This document shows, piece after piece, positions 48,950 to 58,289 of a stretch of DNA of 64,000 bases; positions within the stretch are counted from its first letter, which is position 1; each line of letters opens with the position of its first letter. Below the pieces are notes generated by a model. The model ran no database searches. It worked only from the letters and a program-made list of their open reading frames with translations, and was not told the origin of the DNA. The stretch is taken from sequence record DRR378314_995. One strand, given 5' to 3'. The position numbers were made by a program, and so were the translations under genes.

Positions 48950-49693
48950 ATGTCGAAATCGAAGAAGAAAGACTACGGTCTGCTCCCACAAGACAAGCCG
49001 CCGCGGCTAAGCTTTTTCGGCTGGCTGCGTGGACGCTTCTTCGCCGGCATGTTCATCGCGTTGCCGGTCGTTGTTACATTCCTGATCCTTCAATTCCTGA
49101 TCAGCGAAATCGACAAGCGCGTGGTTCCGCTTTTACCAGCGGCCTTGAAGCCGGAAACCTATCTCAATTACGCGGTTCCAGGCTTTGGCCTGATCGTGCT
49201 GATCGTGTTCCTGACAGTACTGGGCGGAATTGCTACCAATCTGATCGGACGGTCGGTGATCGGGCTGGCCGATCGAATTTTGAGCCGAGTTCCGTTTGTC
49301 AGGTCGGTTTATTCTGCTTTCAAGCAGTTGGTTGAAGTGTTCGCTAGCAACAACACCGAGCAATTCAGCGAATGTGTCCTAATCGAGTATCCAAAAAAAG
49401 GAACTTGGTGCCTCGGATTCGTGTCCAGCCCGGCAAAGGGAGAATTGAGAAGCGTCCTTGGACCAGCTTTTATTGGCGTCTTCGTTCCGACGACACCAAA
49501 TCCAACTTCAGGCTTCCTGATGTATGTGGAGGCATCTGAGGTCGTGCGCCTCGATATGACAGTGGAGGAGGGGGCCAAGATGATCTTGTCCGCAGGATTG
49601 GTTGTGCCAGAGCATTTGCCTGTGAAGGATGTCGATACAGCAGCCTCGAGCGAGAGCGATTCTGCTAATCAGAAGTTGGAGCCTGAAGCCTAG
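48950..49693 (+). CDS. DUF502 family membrane protein
   Basis: F.AG.....P..VT, PGFG, R.P.VRS.Y...KQ, EYP..G, VFVPTTPNPTSGFL. Confidence 0.87.
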   Translation: MSKSKKKDYGLLPQDKPPRLSFFGWLRGRFFAGMFIALPVVVTFLILQFLISEIDKRVVPLLPAALKPETYLNYAVPGFGLIVLIVFLTVLGGIATNLIGRSVIGLADRILSRVPFVRSVYSAFKQLVEVFASNNTEQFSECVLIEYPKKGTWCLGFVSSPAKGELRSVLGPAFIGVFVPTTPNPTSGFLMYVEASEVVRLDMTVEEGAKMILSAGLVVPEHLPVKDVDTAASSESDSANQKLEPEA

Positions 49694-51737
49694 GAGTGAG
49701 CAGCTCCCGAACCAGTCTGAGTGCCCCGCCTCGTGGCCCCGCGAGTTCAGGATCTTTTGATACAATGGATTCAGCGTCCTTCTTTGCAATCTCCAACAAA
49801 GTCGAATGGCGGGCCAAATCCAGAATACGATAGTCGGTTGCTCCAGCTTGTTTCAGGCCCAGCATATCACCCGGCCCGCGAAGCTTGAAATCAGCCTCCG
49901 CTATCTCGAACCCGTCCTCCGTGCGACGAAGCGTGTCCAGGCGCTCATGCGCCGTTTCTCCCAATGGTGGTCGGTATAGGAGAATGCAGAATGATGGGCG
50001 ATCTCCTCGCCCTACGCGTCCTCTAAGTTGGTGAAGCTGAGCCAGTCCAAACCCCTCAGCGCGCTCGATAACCATGATAGTCGCTTCCGGCACATCAACG
50101 CCAACTTCAATCACGGTGGTGGCAACCAGAAGCTTGGTGTGTCCCAAGCGAAAATCTTCAAGAGCAGCGTCTTTCTCTGCGGGCTTCATGCGCCCGTGCA
50201 CCAAGCCGACTGGAACGTTCAATTGGTCGCATAACGCGGCATGACGGCCAACCGCGGTTGAATCATCGTCATCGATATCAACTTTAGGGCAAACCCAGAA
50301 TGCACGCTCACCACGCCTGATAGCGCGCCCGATTGCGCCCACCACTTCGTCAAGACGTGTGTCTGGCACGGCGCGCGTTTCCACTGGCACGCGCCCTGCT
50401 GGTTTTTCGTCGAGAATGGAAACGTCCAGATCGCCATGTACAGCTTGGGCGAGGGTTCTCGGGATCGGCGTCGCGCTCATGACGAGCATGTGTGGGCTTA
50501 GCGCCTTGCCGGCGAGTTTCATCCGGTCTGCGACGCCAAATCTGTGCTGTTCATCTACAATGACGAGACCGAGATTACGGAAACTGACCGACTGCTGGAA
50601 CAAGGATTGGGTGCCGGACACAACATCAATGCTTCCATCTGCGAGTCCCATGAGTATGCCTTCGCGCGTCTTTGCCTTGTCGCGGCCCGTTAGCGCCGCT
50701 ATCGAATATCCAAGCGGCGACAATAGATGATCCATCGTCTCGAACTGTTGGCGAGCGAGCACTTCGGTAGGTGACATGAAGGCGGTTTGAAATCCAGCAC
50801 TCGCAGCCTGCACGGCCGCCATAGCACTGACAAGCGTTTTGCCCGCGCCCACATCGCCTTGTAACATTCGCCTCATGGGTGACGTGGAGGCCATGTCTTT
50901 GGATATCTGGTCGAACGCTCGGAATTGGGCGCCTGTTGGCTTGTACGGCAATGCCTGAAGCAACTTGGCGTGGGTCTCGCTGTTCACCGGAACCGACGGC
51001 GATGCGCGTTTCGCTCTGCTCGCGCGGGCAAGCGCAAATGCCGACTCACGAGCCAATGCCTCGTCATATGCGAGTCGTTGCCGACATAGTTCAAACAACT
51101 CCAGATCGTATTCGAGAGGCGCGTGAAGACGAGTGAGCGCTGTCTTGAAGTCCGGCCAGCTCCTCGCCTTTACGAGTTCAGTGTCGGCCCATTCAGGTAA
51201 ATCATCTGCAATGTAGTCTAAGGCCTGAACCGCGAATCCATGGACCCGCTTGTTCGTCAGGCCAGCTGTGAGTCCATAGATGGGTTCGACAGGAGGTGGC
51301 ATCTGTCCCTTGGCAGGATCCACTATGTGATCAGGGTGCGTCATCTGGCGTTCGCCCTGAAACTCTTCCACCATGCCTGAGACGACCCGCTCTTTTCCGA
51401 TTGGAAACTGCCCTTGCAACCAGCGCCCGTCAGCCCGGAAGAATGCCAGGGTAAGAAAGCCGGTGCCATCAAACAGCACGATCTTGTGAGGGGATCGCTC
51501 AGAATAGGGGGCGTTGTAGGCATGAACTTCACCGCGCAAAGTCGCCACCTCGCCGATTACCGCGTCATCAATGCTGTCTTTCACCCGGCGGTCCACCCAG
51601 CGTTCGGGGAGATGCAGCAACAGATCCCAAACAGTGTCTCCGCCGACGAGTCGCTCAAGCACGGGCTTCAGCTTCGCGCCCACGCCATTGAGGCTATCGA
51701 GGCCTTCAAACAAGGAAAAGAGTCGTTCGTCACGCAT
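49665..51737 (-). CDS. recG: ATP-dependent DNA helicase RecG
   Basis: LQGDVGAGKT, PTEVLARQ, DEQHRFGV, MSATPIPRTL, ATTVIEVGVDVP, GLAQLHQLRGRVGRG, DGF.IAE.D..LRGPG. Confidence 0.96.
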   Translation of the reverse strand: MRDERLFSLFEGLDSLNGVGAKLKPVLERLVGGDTVWDLLLHLPERWVDRRVKDSIDDAVIGEVATLRGEVHAYNAPYSERSPHKIVLFDGTGFLTLAFFRADGRWLQGQFPIGKERVVSGMVEEFQGERQMTHPDHIVDPAKGQMPPPVEPIYGLTAGLTNKRVHGFAVQALDYIADDLPEWADTELVKARSWPDFKTALTRLHAPLEYDLELFELCRQRLAYDEALARESAFALARASRAKRASPSVPVNSETHAKLLQALPYKPTGAQFRAFDQISKDMASTSPMRRMLQGDVGAGKTLVSAMAAVQAASAGFQTAFMSPTEVLARQQFETMDHLLSPLGYSIAALTGRDKAKTREGILMGLADGSIDVVSGTQSLFQQSVSFRNLGLVIVDEQHRFGVADRMKLAGKALSPHMLVMSATPIPRTLAQAVHGDLDVSILDEKPAGRVPVETRAVPDTRLDEVVGAIGRAIRRGERAFWVCPKVDIDDDDSTAVGRHAALCDQLNVPVGLVHGRMKPAEKDAALEDFRLGHTKLLVATTVIEVGVDVPEATIMVIERAEGFGLAQLHQLRGRVGRGDRPSFCILLYRPPLGETAHERLDTLRRTEDGFEIAEADFKLRGPGDMLGLKQAGATDYRILDLARHSTLLEIAKKDAESIVSKDPELAGPRGGALRLVRELLTPRLQAPTSD

Positions 51738-51833
51738 CGTCGCCAGATTAGGCGGGCGCAGACGGGTGCACAATCGTCGCTGTTTATTCTGACTGCGTGT
51801 TCTATATGAGGATCAACGCACAAGGAGACCGGC

Positions 51834-52094
51834 ATGGACACTCGTCGCCGAAAACTCAAATTCAGGGCTTGGCGGCGCGGATTCCGCGAAATGGACCTGC
51901 TCATGGGCTCATTTGCTGATGCTCACATCGGTGAACTTGACGAGGCCGGTCTGGACGAGTTTGAGAAGCTGCTCGGAGTTCCTGACTGGGAAGTCTATGC
52001 GTGGCTGATCGGACAGACACCTGTGCCTGAATCCCAGCGGGGGCCCGTGCTGGACCAACTGATCGCATTCCGGTACGTCGCGCAGGGCGGTTAA
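51834..52094 (+). CDS. sdhE: Succinate dehydrogenase assembly factor SdhE/Sdh5
   Basis: L.FRAWRRGFREMDLL.G.FA (RGxxE motif); between recG and mfd. Confidence 0.9.
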   Translation: MDTRRRKLKFRAWRRGFREMDLLMGSFADAHIGELDEAGLDEFEKLLGVPDWEVYAWLIGQTPVPESQRGPVLDQLIAFRYVAQGG

Positions 52095-52134
52095 CTCCGC
52101 GAACACCAATATCCAGCCGAATACAAGCGTGCCA

Positions 52135-55100
52135 ATGACCCCTGTAGAGCTATTGAAATCCCTCAGCGGTCCCGCCGCGCTGTCGGGAGCGCCATTCGGC
52201 GCGGATTTGATTTCCTTTTGTGCCGCCTTGGAAGCCCGTGGCGGCGTGGGTGTATACATAGCGCGAGACGACAAGACCGCTGCCACAGCTCGCCGCGTTG
52301 CACAATTCGCTTCGCCAAGGCTCGAACAGGTCGACTTGCCAAGCTGGGATACGCTTCCATACGACCGTGTCAGCCCAACGGCAGGTGTCGCGGCACGTCG
52401 ATGCGCTGCACTGGCCCGCCTCTCTAGATACGAGCCAAGTCAAGGGGCGATTTTGATCGTCACCACAGCCTCATCGCTTGTTCAGCGAGTGCCACCGGTC
52501 AGCGTGCTGCGTAGATCATCATTCGCGGTTAGGCTTGGCGAATCTGTGAACCAGAAAGACCTGACAGATTACCTTGCCGTGAATGGCTACCTCCGTTCGA
52601 GCACAGTGCGGGAGCAAGGTGAGTTCGCAATTCGGGGTGGTATCATCGACATTTTCCCGCCGACATCCCCTGAGCCTTACAGATTGGACTTCTTTGGAGA
52701 TACCTTGGAGACGCTGCGCACTTTCGATACCGAGACGCAACGATCTACCGGTGATGCGAAAAGCGTTGCGTTTGCACCTGTCAGTGAAATCCTCTTTGAT
52801 GATGACGTGCTCGCACGGTTTCGCGAGAAGTATCTCGCCGTATTTGGTCCGCCATCGGGTGATCCAGCTTACGAAGCGGCCCGGGCGTCGATCCGTCGGC
52901 AAGGCGTCGAAGGTTGGTTGCCTCTGTTCCACGACCACATGGAGACGCTCTTTGACTACATTGGAGAAGATCCTCTCATAGGCATGGGCCACCTTGCTGG
53001 AGAAGCGGCAGCAGAGCGCTTGTCGCAAGCAGAAGATTATCACACGGCGCGGCTCGAAGCCGGTGAAGGCGACGTTCGGAAGGCAAAAGTGCTTCCGCCT
53101 GAAGAACTTTATCTGACACCGAGAGAATTGGAGGCAGGCTTAGCCTCACGCGCGACCGCACGTTTTTACCCGTCTGAGCCAAGCGCCGAAGCCTTCGATT
53201 TGCAAGCCCGTCCCGGGCGGGACTTTGCGCCTGAGCGGCTTCATGCAGACATCAATATCTTTGAAGCCGCTATTGCGCATGCCAAGCGGCTCCAGTCTTC
53301 AAACAGACCCGTCGTCTTTGCTGCCTGGTCCACTGGGTCAGCAGACCGATTGATCAACGTGATGGCGGATCACGGTCTGACTGACCTCGCGTTGGTTCAT
53401 TCCTTGGAGGCGGCTCGAAAGACCGATTTTACAGTTGTTGAGATTCCTCTCGAAGCTGGCTTTGAGACACCGGATGTTGCCGTTATTTCTGAGGCAGACA
53501 TTCTGGGTGACAGGCTTGCTGCGCCTCGGCGGAAACGGAAGACCGCGAATTTCATCTCGGATGCTGCTGCACTCAATCCCGGTGATCTGATTGTTCATAT
53601 CGATCATGGTGTTGGTCGTTATGTAGGGCTGAAGACACTCGACCTGACCGGCGCCCCGCATGACTGCCTGCATCTTGAGTATGCAGGCGGCGACACGATT
53701 TTCCTGCCCGTGGAAAATATCGACCTGATCAGTCGTTACGGGTCGGAAGATGCAGAGAACCAGTTGGATCGGCTCGGCGGAGCTGGCTGGCAGACTCGCA
53801 AAGCCAAAGCCAAGAAGCGTATTCTTGAGATGGCCGCAGAGCTTATGAACATCGCGGCGGCGCGCGAGCTGAAACGTGCCGAAGCTGTGAACGCCGGGCA
53901 GGGACTGTATGAAGAATTCGCTGCGCGTTTCCCGTATGAGGAAACCGACGATCAGCTGAACGCGATCGAAGATGTCATCGGTGATCTGGCGTCAGGCCGC
54001 CCTATGGATCGGTTGGTGTGTGGAGATGTTGGCTTTGGCAAGACAGAGGTAGCTCTACGCGGAGCGTTTGTCGCAGCGATGAGCGGCAAGCAGGTAGCTG
54101 TTATCGCGCCCACAACACTTCTCGCAAGACAGCACTACAAAACATTTGCCGAGCGCTTCGCAGGATGGCCACTCAAGGTTCGACAACTGTCTCGCCTGGT
54201 TGGCGCGAAAGAGGCTGCGGAAACCCGAGACGGTTTAGCTGATGGCAGCGTCGATGTCGTCGTGGGAACACATGCGCTCCTTACCAAGAGCATTGAGTTC
54301 AAGCGGCTTGGCTTGTTGATCGTTGACGAAGAGCAGCGCTTTGGCGTTAAGCACAAAGAACGCCTGAAAGAACTGAAGGCTGACGTACACGTCCTGACCT
54401 TGTCAGCGACTCCAATACCGCGAACCTTGCAAATGGCATTGACGGGGATTCGGGATCTTTCAATCATTGCGACGCCACCAGTAGATCGCTTGTCTGTGCG
54501 CACTTACATAACAGAAGAAGATACTGTTACGTTGCGCGAAGCCTTGCTTCGGGAAAAGTATCGCGGCGGCCAGGCATTCTTTGTGGCTCCGCGAATTCAG
54601 GATCTCGATAAACTCGAGCGGTTCTTGCGCGATAATGTTCCAGAAGTTTCATTCATTGTTGCGCACGGACAAATGGCTGCCGGAGAGCTGGAAGACATCA
54701 TGACAGCCTTCTACGAAGGCAAGTATGATGTTCTGTTATCGACGACCATCGTGGAGAGTGGCTTGGACATTCCGCGTGCGAATACGCTGATCATCCACCG
54801 TGCAGACATGTTTGGTCTGGCCCAGCTGTATCAGTTGCGCGGCCGTGTCGGGCGCTCAAAACTTCGTGCCTATGCATATTTCACTACACCGCGCGACAAG
54901 GTTATCACCGAAACGGCAGATCGACGTCTGAAAATCCTCCAATCACTGGACTCTCTTGGAGCTGGCTTCCAGCTCGCGAGTCATGATCTCGACATGCGCG
55001 GCTCCGGTAATTTGCTTGGCGATCAACAGTCCGGCCACGTGAAGGAAGTTGGGGTAGAGCTTTATCAATCGATGCTTGAAGACGCGGTGAATGCGTTGAA

Positions 55101-55596
55101 GTCTGGAGCAAAAGACGATGAGGAATTCGCCGATGACTGGTCGCCGCAGATCAATACTGGCGCTGCCGTCCTGATTCCGGAAACATATGTCGAAGACCTG
55201 AATATCCGGCTTTCCCTTTATAGACGGCTGTCAGAGATCGCGACTGCGTCTGAGAGAGAATCTTTCGCCGCTGAGCTTATTGATCGGTTCGGCCCAATGC
55301 CGGAAGAGACCAAGCAGTTGTTGGAAGTGACTGCAATCAAGGTGCAATGTAAATCCTTGGGCATCTCCAAACTCGATGCGGGCCAGAAGGGCGCGGTGTT
55401 TGCTTTCCGTGAAGATACCATTCTTGATCCGGCCCGATTGCTTGATGTTGTGCGCAGTCGCCCGTCACAGATTCGCATCAGACCGGATTCCAAACTGGTT
55501 CATTCTGGTCTCGGCGGCACACCGGAAGAACGGCTAGCCGGCATTCGCAAGTTTCTCAAAGAGCTTGAAGCCGCTGCAGGCCTTGTCCCTGCTTAG
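52135..55596 (+). CDS. mfd: Transcription-repair coupling factor
   Basis: WDTLPYD..SP, RGGIIDIF, VH.DHG.GRY, MDRLVCGDVGFGKTEVA, DEEQRFGV, GLAQLYQLRGRVGRS, TRCF C-terminus. Confidence 0.97.
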   Translation: MTPVELLKSLSGPAALSGAPFGADLISFCAALEARGGVGVYIARDDKTAATARRVAQFASPRLEQVDLPSWDTLPYDRVSPTAGVAARRCAALARLSRYEPSQGAILIVTTASSLVQRVPPVSVLRRSSFAVRLGESVNQKDLTDYLAVNGYLRSSTVREQGEFAIRGGIIDIFPPTSPEPYRLDFFGDTLETLRTFDTETQRSTGDAKSVAFAPVSEILFDDDVLARFREKYLAVFGPPSGDPAYEAARASIRRQGVEGWLPLFHDHMETLFDYIGEDPLIGMGHLAGEAAAERLSQAEDYHTARLEAGEGDVRKAKVLPPEELYLTPRELEAGLASRATARFYPSEPSAEAFDLQARPGRDFAPERLHADINIFEAAIAHAKRLQSSNRPVVFAAWSTGSADRLINVMADHGLTDLALVHSLEAARKTDFTVVEIPLEAGFETPDVAVISEADILGDRLAAPRRKRKTANFISDAAALNPGDLIVHIDHGVGRYVGLKTLDLTGAPHDCLHLEYAGGDTIFLPVENIDLISRYGSEDAENQLDRLGGAGWQTRKAKAKKRILEMAAELMNIAAARELKRAEAVNAGQGLYEEFAARFPYEETDDQLNAIEDVIGDLASGRPMDRLVCGDVGFGKTEVALRGAFVAAMSGKQVAVIAPTTLLARQHYKTFAERFAGWPLKVRQLSRLVGAKEAAETRDGLADGSVDVVVGTHALLTKSIEFKRLGLLIVDEEQRFGVKHKERLKELKADVHVLTLSATPIPRTLQMALTGIRDLSIIATPPVDRLSVRTYITEEDTVTLREALLREKYRGGQAFFVAPRIQDLDKLERFLRDNVPEVSFIVAHGQMAAGELEDIMTAFYEGKYDVLLSTTIVESGLDIPRANTLIIHRADMFGLAQLYQLRGRVGRSKLRAYAYFTTPRDKVITETADRRLKILQSLDSLGAGFQLASHDLDMRGSGNLLGDQQSGHVKEVGVELYQSMLEDAVNALKSGAKDDEEFADDWSPQINTGAAVLIPETYVEDLNIRLSLYRRLSEIATASERESFAAELIDRFGPMPEETKQLLEVTAIKVQCKSLGISKLDAGQKGAVFAFREDTILDPARLLDVVRSRPSQIRIRPDSKLVHSGLGGTPEERLAGIRKFLKELEAAAGLVPA

Positions 55597-56852
55597 CCCA
55601 CACGATTCTGTTGAAAGACACCCGATGTAACTTCAGACAGAAGTGCGGGGGCATCATGATAAGCGCGTGCCTCCGCAATCCTCCATCCCAATTGCTGCGC
55701 TAGTTTTGGCGACGAACTTGCGAGCGACTGCATAATACGCTCACTGATGAGTACAGCGCCTTTATAGCCGGTTGCCGGCAAGCTTATCACGAAGGCATCC
55801 GAGCCAAGAAGGCTAGGAAGATCGGATTCTCTCAACGCGCCCAACAAAAGTTGAGCCACTTGCTTGCGCTCATCACTCGTAAGTCCTGCGCCGTTTGGAT
55901 CAGCAAGTGCAAGCAGACTTAACGTGGTTCCATACTCCTTCGAAAAGGCAATTTGTTTGGAGAGGTGCGTGCGCAGGAATTGTTCCGAGAATAGCTTTGT
56001 TTCGCCGTCCAGAAACTCCGGAACATTCGCTGCGTTTTCAGCAATTGCTCCACACCCCGCATCCCTTCGTCCATACAATTCCACATGCTTGGCCAGCTCT
56101 CTGGCGTCTACGGTGTGGTCGAATACGTGGGAGAGACAGCTAATCAAGTCGTGGAAAGTGGGAGATGGAAACAATCCTTCGCCCACGAGACCAAGCAGCG
56201 GAACGTCCGAGAAAGTTGAGGCGATTTTTGAAAGCCAGCCCGCTATCTGGTCGAGATGTTGAGACTCTTGCGTCACATCGATCAGGATTGCGGAGAACTG
56301 TTTCTGCTCGGCGTAATCAGCGGCGGTGCGAACACTGAATGCCGCCGTCAGCGACATACCATGCTCCGCAAGATTGGCTTGAAGAGCCAAAAAGCGAGCT
56401 GATCCGTCTCCAAGATAGAGAATGTCCGGTACAACTTCGAATGTTGGCTGCGGCAATGCAATTCCAAACGTTGAGGCGGATTCCGTTCGAAGCTTGAGTT
56501 CAGAAAGACGGTTTGTGCGGCGAGAGATTGCCTCAAGACGTCCACGCAGTACAGGCAGATCGCGATCTCGTGGAATGACCACCGCGTTCTCGAAACAACT
56601 CGCAACAGAGGCGTCTCCAAGCACCATGACTGGACGCAGAGAAGCACCTATCTGTGCGATAGCCTCATCAAGGCTGTCATTATCAATGCTTGCCGTGTCG
56701 ATGAGTAGAGCGTCTGTCGACTGGCAAGATAGAGGCGCATCCGCCCTGAAGGGCCTGACGCGCCCTACCTTCAACCGCGACATGATCATCTCCAGTCGGG
56801 GGCTGGATGCCAAGACTTCGATTGGTGGGTCTAGATATGCGAGATGATTCAT
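55593..56852 (-). CDS. PopA-like degenerate REC-GGDEF c-di-GMP effector
   Basis: Degenerate receiver-like region; D..T.LF...F...HL; I-site RESD five residues before degenerate GSDAF; LPAT...A....ERI; adjacent to mfd. Confidence 0.65.
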   Translation of the reverse strand: MNHLAYLDPPIEVLASSPRLEMIMSRLKVGRVRPFRADAPLSCQSTDALLIDTASIDNDSLDEAIAQIGASLRPVMVLGDASVASCFENAVVIPRDRDLPVLRGRLEAISRRTNRLSELKLRTESASTFGIALPQPTFEVVPDILYLGDGSARFLALQANLAEHGMSLTAAFSVRTAADYAEQKQFSAILIDVTQESQHLDQIAGWLSKIASTFSDVPLLGLVGEGLFPSPTFHDLISCLSHVFDHTVDARELAKHVELYGRRDAGCGAIAENAANVPEFLDGETKLFSEQFLRTHLSKQIAFSKEYGTTLSLLALADPNGAGLTSDERKQVAQLLLGALRESDLPSLLGSDAFVISLPATGYKGAVLISERIMQSLASSSPKLAQQLGWRIAEARAYHDAPALLSEVTSGVFQQNRVG

Positions 56853-56913
56853 AAAGCTCAAAAGATTGCGGGAGTCGACGTTGCGATACCCCTTCCTTTT
56901 GCGACTCGTCGGC

Positions 56914-56928
56914 TTAATGATCCGCTAA
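56914..56928. promoter_or_regulatory. Near-consensus CtrA box upstream of the popA-like gene
   Basis: TTAA-TGATCCG-CTAA, one mismatch to TTAA-N7-TTAA; GANTC sites at 56872 and 56903. Confidence 0.4.
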
Positions 56929-56965
56929 ATTGACCTCGAGAGATTAGACAAAGGGTAGGAATATC

Positions 56966-58060
56966 ATGGCTCAAGGACCGCTTAACGGTGTGAAGATTGT
57001 GGAATTCGCAGGTATCGGCCCCGGACCATTCTGCGGCATGCTCCTGTCCGATCTTGGCGCTGACGTTATACGCATCGATCGCAAAGGTGATGGCCGGCCG
57101 GGGCGAGCTGCCGATGTCATGGGCCGTGGTCGACGGTCAATTGGGTTGAACCTGAAGGATCCGGCTGACGTCGAGACGGCGTTGAAACTGCTAGAGAAAG
57201 CTGACGGTCTCATCGAAGGGTTTCGACCTGGCGTGATGGAGCGCAACGGCCTCGGACCGGATGTAGTTCTCGCGCGCAATCCCAAGCTGGTCTACGGGCG
57301 GATGACCGGCTGGGGCCAAACCGGGGCCCTGTCGCATTCTGCTGGCCATGACTTGAACTACATTGCCATTACAGGTGCGCTTCACGCGATGGGTGACGGC
57401 GATGGTCGACCTCGACCGCCGCTCAATCTGGTTGGCGACTATGGGGGAGGCGCTCTGTATCTCGCCATGGGTCTTCTTGCAGGTTTGATGAACGTAAAGA
57501 ATGGCGGCGAGGGGCAGGTCGTGGATGTGGCGATGTCGGACGGCGCGGCGTCGCTGGCGACAATGTTCTACGGCATGAAGGCGATGGGCCTCTGGACTGA
57601 TGACCGAGAGGCGAACCTGTTGGATGGCGGCGCGCATTTCTATGACACGTACGAGTGCGCAGACGGTAAGTGGGTCTCCATCGGCTCTATTGAGCCGCAA
57701 TTCTACGCTCTGCTTGTCGAGAAGGCCGGCCTTACAGATCCCGAATTCCAGGCACAGATGGATCGATCGAAGTGGCCAAGCTTGAAAGAAAAAATCATGA
57801 CTGTCTTCAAGACCAAGACTCGCGACGAATGGTGCGAGATCATGGAAGGGACGGATATTTGTTTCGCGCCGGTGTTGTCCATGTCCGAAGCACCTCATCA
57901 CCAGCACAATGTCGATCGACAAACTTTCGTTGAGGTTGAGGGCGTGGTCCAGCCAGCGCCAGCGCCACGATTCTCGGCGACACCGGGCGCCATTCAAGGA
58001 CGACCAGCTGGCCTGGGCGAACATTCCGACGAAATCCTGCGTGACTGGGGAATTATCTGA
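56966..58060 (+). CDS. CaiB/BaiF family III CoA transferase (alpha-methylacyl-CoA racemase-like)
   Basis: [64 protein letters not shown]. Confidence 0.9.
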   Translation: MAQGPLNGVKIVEFAGIGPGPFCGMLLSDLGADVIRIDRKGDGRPGRAADVMGRGRRSIGLNLKDPADVETALKLLEKADGLIEGFRPGVMERNGLGPDVVLARNPKLVYGRMTGWGQTGALSHSAGHDLNYIAITGALHAMGDGDGRPRPPLNLVGDYGGGALYLAMGLLAGLMNVKNGGEGQVVDVAMSDGAASLATMFYGMKAMGLWTDDREANLLDGGAHFYDTYECADGKWVSIGSIEPQFYALLVEKAGLTDPEFQAQMDRSKWPSLKEKIMTVFKTKTRDEWCEIMEGTDICFAPVLSMSEAPHHQHNVDRQTFVEVEGVVQPAPAPRFSATPGAIQGRPAGLGEHSDEILRDWGII

Positions 58061-58138
58061 CTTCAGCTCGCCTGAAAGATGAACACAACACAACCGAAGG
58101 CATTCCGATTCATTCAGTTTCGTTCTGCTAACAATCAT

Positions 58139-58230
58139 GGCGTTGAGCACATGTGCCGGCAGTTAGCCGGGATTGCTGCTCAACGTCCTTCTTGCTGACC
58201 TTGATCGCCCTGCGGGGCGATCCTTTTTCT
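58139..58230 (+). ncRNA. Candidate small RNA (5' stem-loop, CU-rich linker, intrinsic terminator)
   Basis: GGCGTTGAGCA/TGCTCAACGTC stem enclosing CCGGC/GCCGG; linker CTTCTTGCTGACCTT; terminator GATCGCCC-tgcg-GGGCGATC-CTTTTTCT. Confidence 0.45.
58203..58230 (+). terminator. Rho-independent terminator
   Basis: 8-bp stem GATCGCCC/GGGCGATC, 4-nt loop, followed by CTTTTTCT. Confidence 0.8.
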
Positions 58231-58289
58231 TGCGCCGAGGCCCTCGCTCCTTAGTCTGCAAGAAACAAGTCAGAAACCAGCGAGTTCTC

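Noticed and set aside
57191..58150. 319-aa antisense ORF opposite the CoA transferase
   Set aside because: Almost fully overlaps a well-conserved gene; no recognisable domain.
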